A stretch of DNA of 64,000 bases from the NCBI GenBank assembly GCA_951406725.2, contig OX597831.1, forward strand, positions 38,254,001 to 38,318,000, written 5' to 3'. How positions within the stretch are numbered: position 1 is the first letter of the stretch; every line of letters begins with the position of its first letter. The notes under the pieces are model-generated. The model was not told the origin of the DNA, searched no databases, and was given only the letters and a program-made list of their open reading frames with translations. Shown here one piece after another: positions 55,948 through 64,000 of this stretch. Position numbers and translations under genes: made by a program. This stretch comes from Octopus vulgaris. Taxonomy: Eukaryota.

Positions 55948-56199
55948 CATACATACATACATACATACATACATACATAACTACCCCTGTCTGTCTGTTT
56001 TTGCCTATCAATCTCTCACTAAAAAGACGAAATTTTAAAAATCTGTTATTACATATATATATATATATATATATATCCCTCTCTCCCTCTACCCTTCCTC
56101 TCTTATCACCGTCGCTAGAACGGGACTTAACTCATATCTGCAAATGGTCGTGTAATTCTCCGACTTGAAAACTTAGAAGTTATGGTTCAAAATTATTTT

Positions 56200-56367
56200 T
56201 ACCGCTATTCGCTTGTGTCTCAGGGGGAAATAATTTAACGAAAAAACAGCTAGGATCGTGACGAATGTCCTCCTAAAATTTGAGCGACATGCGTGCTAAT
56301 TTATGGATCTGCATAAACTACATTCGCGCGCGCACACACACACACATCCTGCCTTTTGTGTATACAG

Positions 56368-56368
<1 letters not shown>
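56200..56368 (-). mobile_element. Probable Helitron 5' terminus
   Basis: Minus strand A|TCTGTATACACAAAAGGCAGG followed by (TG)n, parallel to the 24195 terminus. Confidence 0.5.
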
Positions 56369-56415
<47 letters not shown>

Positions 56416-58814
56416 GGAGTTTAACGCAGATATAATTCAAATACTTTTACTTCCGACACTTTTCGACGATATCACTGATATTATTCCCTGGTAACTATTT
56501 ATCTTTTGTTTTTCGTGTTAATTGTTAACAATAGAAAAATACACATATCTATTTATATATATTCATAGGCGTGTTTGTGTGTGTGTGTGTGTGTGATTCT
56601 GTGTGTTTGTGTCTGTGTACTATGTAATATCTGTGACGATGATATACAGCACTAAGTACACTTGTTCTCTGAGTAGACACCACAATGGAGTAGTATACTA
56701 TACAGTACTCTAGCCACTGAAGTGGTTGTTACTCTTGCTGTTGTATATTTAGAACTAACATGCCTATCATCGGAAGAATTCTGAACGTCAAATGCTCGTC
56801 ATTAACGTATATCAAAGCTGAAGTTATCCTATTGTGTCATTTATTTGAAACATCAGCGTATCATTGGAGGGACATATGGTTACTCTTTCTGCGCAGTTCC
56901 AGTAAAAACTTAGCAGGCTCCTTTCCGTTATTCAACTAAAAGGAAGTACATCTTACATCTGACGTTTATAAATCTGAGTTCAGTTTTGCCCGGATGGTTG
57001 GCTGTGATTTACCAGCTTCCTGTTCAACGAAGAGACAGATTTGATTTCTCTCTCTCTTTCTCTCTCTTCCTCTCTCTCTCTCAATCTCTTTCTTTCTTTC
57101 CTTCTCACATTCTCTCATTCACTCCCTCACTCACTTTTCCTCACTTCTATGTTATATTTCTGAAACCCAGTGATAAGCAGCATTGACTCTGTGGATCTTC
57201 ATGATTCTGCGAAAAAAGGAAAACAACAACAGCTTTGGAAATTTCTACGAAGGATATGATTGAAATGGCTATTGTTTTTAATAACACGTGTCTGCTAGTT
57301 TTAAATAATGCACATATCATCACTAGAACAGAAGCTGTCAATTCACAGGAAATTGGTTAGCAGACATCATTTCGTTAATACTAACAAAACATTAGAGGAA
57401 TTTGTTGGAAACCATCAATAACATCGTTCTAAATTGCAAAAATAATGCTGGTTGTGCATTAAAAGTAATGCATTAAAATATTTGGTGGTGGAAACGTTGG
57501 CGGTGGGTGACGTATCGATGTTGCGTTGGCGGTGGTGAGGATGATGGAGATGGTAAGGGTGGTATATGTGATGATAAGGATGATGTTAGTATTGTTTTTT
57601 TATGTGTGTATGACTGTTTGTATATCTATATATGTGTGTAGAGTATGTGTATATGGTTCTGTGTATTTGTGTCTATGCGTGAATCACTGTTTGTTTATGT
57701 ATTTCCTTGATTTCCAATATTTTAAGCAATTCAGAGATTTTAACATTTGTTCTATAACATTTCTAACTTGCTTAATGCTGCTTACATGCATACATGCTTA
57801 CATAGATATATATATATATATATACATATATACAATCCTCTCATAAACACATACATGAATACATGTAAATGTGCATAAATGAAACACACATTTACATACT
57901 CATATATATGCAGTTGGTTGGGAATTGTGTATAAGGGAAATTTTAGAAAAAAAGCGGCTATAAATAAATATTGAATATAAAGGTGATATAAATCACGTTA
58001 ACAATAAATCATGAAAGAAGCCGAAACTCGTCTCAAGTCTGCGTTAGCCTAGTTAGAGTTTACTCAGGGAGATAATTAGTAAGCAGGCAAGAAAGGTGTA
58101 AAAAAATTACAAGCGCCATCTCTTCAAGCGCTCTGACGCACGAGAAAAGATGATGAGGTCACGTTTCGGACAACGGTTTTCCGTCTTGCACTGGCAGATA
58201 TTGAATGAAACATTAAGTAGAAAGGTGGAAGGAAGGAAAAAGAGATAGCTGTTTGCCACGAAGGAGTGATAAAAAGAGTTAGTGAAATATCGAAAATGTT
58301 TTTCGAAAAAGAGTGAAAGGTGGTTCATGTGAAAAGTTGCGGAGGTGATGAAATTGTGAGGCAGGTGGTTGAAAGGAAATATAACCAGGTATATAAATAT
58401 CACCGAGATTTTGTGAATAAGAAGTTAATCTGTTTGAGATATGTACGAAAGTATGCCTGCATCATGTGTAAAAGTAAGTGCTAAAAGTTAGCTCAAAACT
58501 TTTTGCATCGAATATCGATAAAATTTTCGAGAAACAGCGACTGATTTTTCCAATGCAACTTAAGCCAAATACCTGTCTTTTACACCAGGAGTCATTGTTT
58601 TGGAAGGTAGGGGATGAAATGATTATGCATGATATAAAGACATATTCCAAGTGCTTGCAAATTCTGTTGCATGAAGAGTACAATGCTATGATTCGAAAGG
58701 AAAGCAGAAACATATATCAGACAGGGGTTGGAAAGATTTAAATGAAAAGAAAAATCGAGAAAAATATTGTAGGTAAATGTTAAAAAGAATTCTAAGATTT
58801 TATAATATATTATA

Positions 58815-59199
58815 TTCTACTCAAGGCCTGAAATCTTGGGGTAGGGGCCAGTCGATCAGATCGTCCCCAGTACACAACTGGTACTTAATTTATCGACCCC
58901 GAAAGGATGAAAGGCAAAATCGACCTCGTCGGAATTTGGACTAAGAACATAAAGACAGACGAAATACAAATTTCTTTACTATCCACAAGGGGCTAGACAC
59001 AGAGGGGACAAACAAAGACAGACAAACGGATTAAGTGGATTATATCGACACCAGTGAGTAACTAGTACTTAATTTATCGACCCCGAAAGGATGAAAGGCA
59101 AAGTCGACCTCGGCGGAATCTGAACTCAGAACATAAAGACAGACGAAATGCCTCTAAGCATTTCGCTCGGCGTGCTAATGTTTCTGCCAGCTCACCGCC
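58815..59199 (-). mobile_element. SINE-A dimer (type 2-tailed unit plus headless type 1-tailed unit)
   Basis: Junction tail|GTATTTCGTC at 58968/58967. Confidence 0.92.
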
Positions 59200-59364
59200 T
59201 CAGGTTTTAACATATATGTGGATTGCTTATGTACAGTCCACTGCAGGATATAGGCATCAGTATGATCTCTCTACCAAGAGATCATAATGGTTGGATGAAC
59301 CTACTTTGCTACGCTGGTTCGACATGGCTTGAAAGAAGGCTGCAGTTATACTCTTACCATATAG

Positions 59365-59500
59365 TAGGTAAGTCGATTACATCGATACCAGTGTTGAAGT
59401 GTTATACCCAAACTATCAAAAGCAAGGCCGTCCGAGGCGAAATTTGAAATCAGAACGTCAGGACGAACAAAATACCGCTAAACATTTCGTCCGATGTGAT
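59365..59500 (-). mobile_element. SINE-A, old copy
   Basis: AAATTTGAAATCAGAACG..AAATACCGCTAAACATTTCG. Confidence 0.65.
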
Positions 59501-59706
59501 AACAACCTCATTTTCAAATAGATGAAGACGGAAGAGAAGTATAAATTTGAGTGTTTAAAATTTTTCATCGAGTTTATCTGTGAATTTTGGGAGCGAATTA
59601 TATTCTTTATGCATTTACATTTATTCAATATCTTACTAAAACATATTCTTTCACATACATTCACAAATATTAGCACACTTGTAGTTACCCGTAAACAGAG
59701 AGAGCA

Positions 59707-59741
<35 letters not shown>

Positions 59742-60425
59742 GAGAGAGAGAGAGAGAGAGAGGGAGGTAGATGAGATATATACCAGTAAGGTAAGATATT
59801 GAGAAGTGCAAATGAGACAGAATATTTAAACATCGTGCCAGGTATTTGACAGCTATGCTAGCGCCCTGAAGTCTCTAAGGAGAATTGAAGTTGTTGTAGT
59901 CCAGGTATGCTATGATAGCCATTCAGTAAATTTGGCTTCAACTCAAAACAATATTCATAAGAACTTGCGCAGTGTTTATATAAACATCATAAATAAAGCG
60001 AAATGCTGTATGATGTAATGTATTGTACGGTGACTTGGCCGAACCGTGAGAGCCTTTTAGTCCATTCTTTACGGTATAGCAACGGATGTTAATGTTCTGT
60101 CATGTTTTAAAGAGTTCGTTTTTCTGTGGTTAATTTTATCAGCACGTACTAGCATTTAGAAATGCTGAAGCATGAAAATATAACTGAGTGTTTCAGGCAG
60201 ATATTCTTTGTGTTGCTTGCAAACAATTCCTGTGAATGGTGAGAACCGTAGTTCTACCTAAGAACTAACAGTGCAATACGTCACAGGCCCTGAAATTTGA
60301 TAGAATACGTGGTGCATCAATTATCGACGTAAATCGATAGTGACGCACCCGACGTATGTCGAAGGTGGTTTAATGCATACTCTTGTATAGTCTCTCTTTC
60401 TTTCTCTGTTTCTCTGCCTCTCCTG

Positions 60426-60474
<49 letters not shown>

Positions 60475-60867
60475 TATGTGTGTGTGCGTGTTTGTGTGTG
60501 TTTATAAATACTAAACATGGCTTACCGCATTAATAACTATACATGTAAATGCCTCACCACCCCCCTTCCCCATCTCCCCCTTCATTATATATTACCTCCA
60601 TATTACACATAAAGCTTTCTGTTACAGCTCTACACTAAACACTTCCGGCAGAAATTATCTAAGAGCTTCCAATTTTGCAACAGGTGTCCTCACAGAATGT
60701 TTAACCAGTTAGTGCTCACGCCTACAAACAAACACATTCATGCAAGGAGCTAAGAAAAATAAAGCGCCTTAGAATTTCTTGCAGACATTTTTTTTTATAA
60801 AGTCCAACCTTTGCACATTTTAAGTCCAAGTAAAAACCGTTAGATTCACTTCAACGTTTAAATATTA

Positions 60868-60919
60868 TTTGCCCAGATATTTTCGTCGCTTTGAAACCGC
60901 GACCTGTTCACTGACAAAA
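60868..60919 (-). ncRNA. Candidate variant hammerhead ribozyme (G3:C8 core)
   Basis: UUUUGUCA-GUGAACA-G-GUCGC[9 nt]GCGAC-GAAA-AUAUC-UGGGCAAA; stems I and III imperfect. Confidence 0.4.
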
Positions 60920-61308
60920 TTTCATGCTGCATCTAATTTTAGTCCAAATAGAATATTATAAGATACTCACGCTTGAAAACGATTCGGAAAATTATTTGTG
61001 AAATATAGCCTATAAACTTCAGTAACCTAAACATAAAGATCAAAATTTCTAAATAGCGATCAAATGAACAATGATTTCCAAGTGGTAGATATGCTGGTCA
61101 ACAATTTTTATACCTTCGTCCTGTTGTGAATATTAATACAATAGTTTAACAAATTTTCCACACTTAACATCATGAAATGCTTAAGTGATACCTAACAGCC
61201 TCCCAGAAAAAACAAATGAGAAACATTAAATAATGCCAACCAAAAAACAAACCGAAACTTACCACCTGCTTATATTCTTTTCTGAACATTTAAAGAACCA
61301 TTAATCAT

Positions 61309-61701
61309 TTTCTACTCTAGGCACAAGGCCCGAAATTCTTGGGGAGGAGCTAGTCGATTAGATAAACCCCAGTACGCAACTGATACTTAATTTATCGACC
61401 CCGAAAGGATGAAAGGCAAAATCGACCTCGGCGAAATCTGAACTCAGAACATAAAGACAGACGAAATACCTATTTCTTTACTACCCACAAGGGGCTAAAC
61501 ACAGAGAGGACAAACAAGGACAGACAAACGGGTTGAGTCGATTATATCGACCCCATTGCGTAACTGGTACTTATTTAATCGACCTCGAAAGGATGAAAGG
61601 CAAAGTCGGCCACGGCGGAATTTGAACTCTGAACGTAAAGACAGACGAAATGCCGCTAAACATTTCGCCCAGCATGCTAACGTTTCTGCTAGCTCGCTGC
61701 C
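61309..61701 (-). mobile_element. SINE-A dimer (type 2-tailed unit plus headless type 1-tailed unit)
   Basis: Junction AAAGAAATAG|GTATTTCGTC at 61470/61469; degenerate outer TSD TTTAAAGA(A/G)CC. Confidence 0.93.
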
Positions 61702-62245
61702 TTTAAAGAGCCTTGAATTAAAAGCTGACATACGTAGTAAACATCCCTATTTACAAACGTTTAAATGCAAGACTGAACTCTTAAATTTACCCATCTCATT
61801 AATATCCGAATGAAGCCAACAGTTAAACCACTATCTTTTGAAAGCCTTTATATGTCACCTGATGATGATACACTTAAAATTATACAAAGTTCTATAATCT
61901 CATTACAAAACTCTATATACATGTTTAAATTCCAAACTATAGCAAGCCCCCGAATTTCATTAATAAAAATTCTCCATGTGATCTTGCCATCACAACCAGT
62001 CATACAAGCTAAATATCATTGAACAAAATTCAGTTTACTCTAGAATGTTGTAACGTTACAGAGAGTATATAAAGTCAAGATGAATCGAAACGGGCCATAG
62101 TTCCATGTCGGCTTTCAAAACAGAAACTTCTAAGTCACTTGTTAAAGAATAATGAATTTGTTATCCACCGAATTTATTGAGTAATGCTTGAATTTAATGT
62201 AATATTGTTTGTATTAAAACATAATACAAATATCAATATATAATT

Positions 62246-62648
62246 CTACTATATGGCTCAGAAACCTGGACGTTATCAAAGAAGCTTGAGAGGCGGTTGG
62301 ATGGAACCTACAATCGCCTCCTTATGAGAGCTCAAAATCTCTCGTGGAGGCGCCATCCAACCAAAATGCAAATATATGGTAGACTGTGTCATCTCTTGTG
62401 AAGGGTAGGAGAGTCCAGTTTGCTGGACATTGTTGTAGAGCTGAAAAAGAAGTAATTTCTACTCTTCTCCTCTGGAAGCCATCTACTCGCAATACCAGAG
62501 GGCGCACCTCTCCTACCCTGATGTAGTCTCCAGGGATACAGGCATCCAGCAACAGGACCTCCGTATTGCTATGATGGACTGTGAAGTCTGGCGTAACATA
62601 GTAAATTCCATTGTCTCGACCACGATCGAACAATGATGATGAATGATG
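62246..62648 (+). mobile_element. RTE-clade LINE 3' end, 5'-truncated
   Basis: LLYGSETWTLSKKLERRLDGTYNRLLMRAQNLSWRRH..RRVQFAGHCCR..WRNIV and a (TGA)n tail. Confidence 0.92.
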
Positions 62649-63611
62649 TGTGTGTGTCCAGGTCCATGCGTGTTTATGTGTGTATGAATGTACGTACGGT
62701 ATTGTGTATACTTGTGTTTCTGTGTAGGCTTGCGAGTATATAAATACGTAACCAATTTTCTTTATATGCACTGATAACATATTTATGAGTGTATGATTTA
62801 GTTATCTTTGCACAGTGATGTGATAGTGCTTGTCTGTTGTATTGACATGTCTCGGAAAGGCGTTTTGGCTTCGACAAACGTTAAGTTGATGTGTCTCATC
62901 TCATCCTCCGTCTTTAGAACAGTTCAACGTTTTATATTCATTAAAAATGTAGATTTCTGTCTTCGTTGTATACTACGCATCTGTGATGGCTTCCGAAGCA
63001 AAAACAAAATATACATACAACGTGTTTAATGCATCGCAGTTTGAGCTTTAAAACATGTACAACAACTAATTCAAACTAGAAGCCTTAATGTAAATTATGT
63101 ATGTTATGTTAGTAAATCATGCAGACCAGTGTCATACGGTATGCACATAAACGTCATCGTACAGCTAAGTCTAAGTTTGATTTAAACAGAGAGTGAATAA
63201 AAGCTCTTCTCACGGCCAGGAAAAATGAGCGAGACTTATCTTCTCATGATCGATCAAAGAAATATTGTGTCACCTCAGAACGACCTCTTGCATTGTTCTG
63301 TATTCAAAAACAATGATAAAGTGTATTTAGAGCTGTCTACATTTTGATGGCAAACGCAGTAATGGAATATCTTGTTAGATTAATTTAAAATTTATCTTCG
63401 CACCCTGATTTTCCACTTTGTTGAACTTCAATATTGTCTTTCTTTCATCTCATCCCCCAGCAATCACTCAGTGCGAAAATTTGTTCATATATTACAAATA
63501 AGTTTAGAACAGTGTTTGATGTAAGAAGTAGTATTTTAATTTAACTATCTAGATGTATTCTTATGCTACGTATATATATATATATATATAATGAAGGTTA
63601 TTATCATTAAC

Positions 63612-63694
<83 letters not shown>

Positions 63695-63695
<1 letters not shown>

Positions 63696-64000
63696 GAGCT
63701 GGCCCAAAATACCGATTCTCTAACGAGGATATTGAAAGTATAGACCACCTAATCTCAGGGTGTAGAGTCTTAGCACCTGAAGAATATAATGCAAGACATG
63801 ACAGAGTCGGCCAGTATTTACACTGGACAATATTTCGGCATTATAAAATCAAAAAAGCTGACAAATGGTGTAAACACCATCCTGAAGCTGTGACTGAGTG
63901 AGAGAATGTGTCGATTTTCTGGGACTTCTCCGTACATACTGGCAAAATTATAAAAGCTAATAAACCGGATATTATTACAAAAGATCAGACAAAAATGTTG
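63695..64000 (+). mobile_element. R4/Dong-type LINE CCHC/RLE fragment directly after (TAA)n; runs off the window
   Basis: ESIDHLISGCRVLAPEEYNARHDRVGQYLHW..IFWDF..ANKPDII. Confidence 0.9.

Noticed and set aside
58050-58740. Purine-rich stretch that might be a decayed coding sequence (similarly 6350-6570 and 12400-13100)
   Set aside because: No family motif recognised in any frame by eye; would need blastx or an HMM search.

Overview
AT-rich, microsatellite-dense animal genomic DNA with no recognisable host gene. The repeat make-up suggests an intronic or intergenic region of a coleoid cephalopod, probably Octopus (inference). The window is a mosaic of decayed mobile elements: about 20 copies of one tRNA-derived SINE (called SINE-A here), CORE-type and other SINEs, CR1-type, RTE, Tx1/L1 and many R4/Dong LINE fragments, a decayed Gypsy provirus, Helitrons, a MITE, a mariner remnant and Penelope-like repeats. 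Most listed ORFs are microsatellite artefacts. The main signals are four. (1) A SINE-A subfamily carries a 3' tail resembling the 3' end of the Tx1-like LINE in this window; 5 of its 7 units sit at the same base inside another SINE-A, suggesting a self-targeting SINE/Tx1 system. (2) A 559-bp-period repeat in (TA)n carries a minimal hammerhead ribozyme, and a second candidate has a G3:C8-swapped core. (3) A ~590-bp non-coding element sits only in (TAA)n, alongside Dong LINEs. (4) There is a perfect 78-bp palindrome. All alignments and translations were done by eye and boundaries are approximate.
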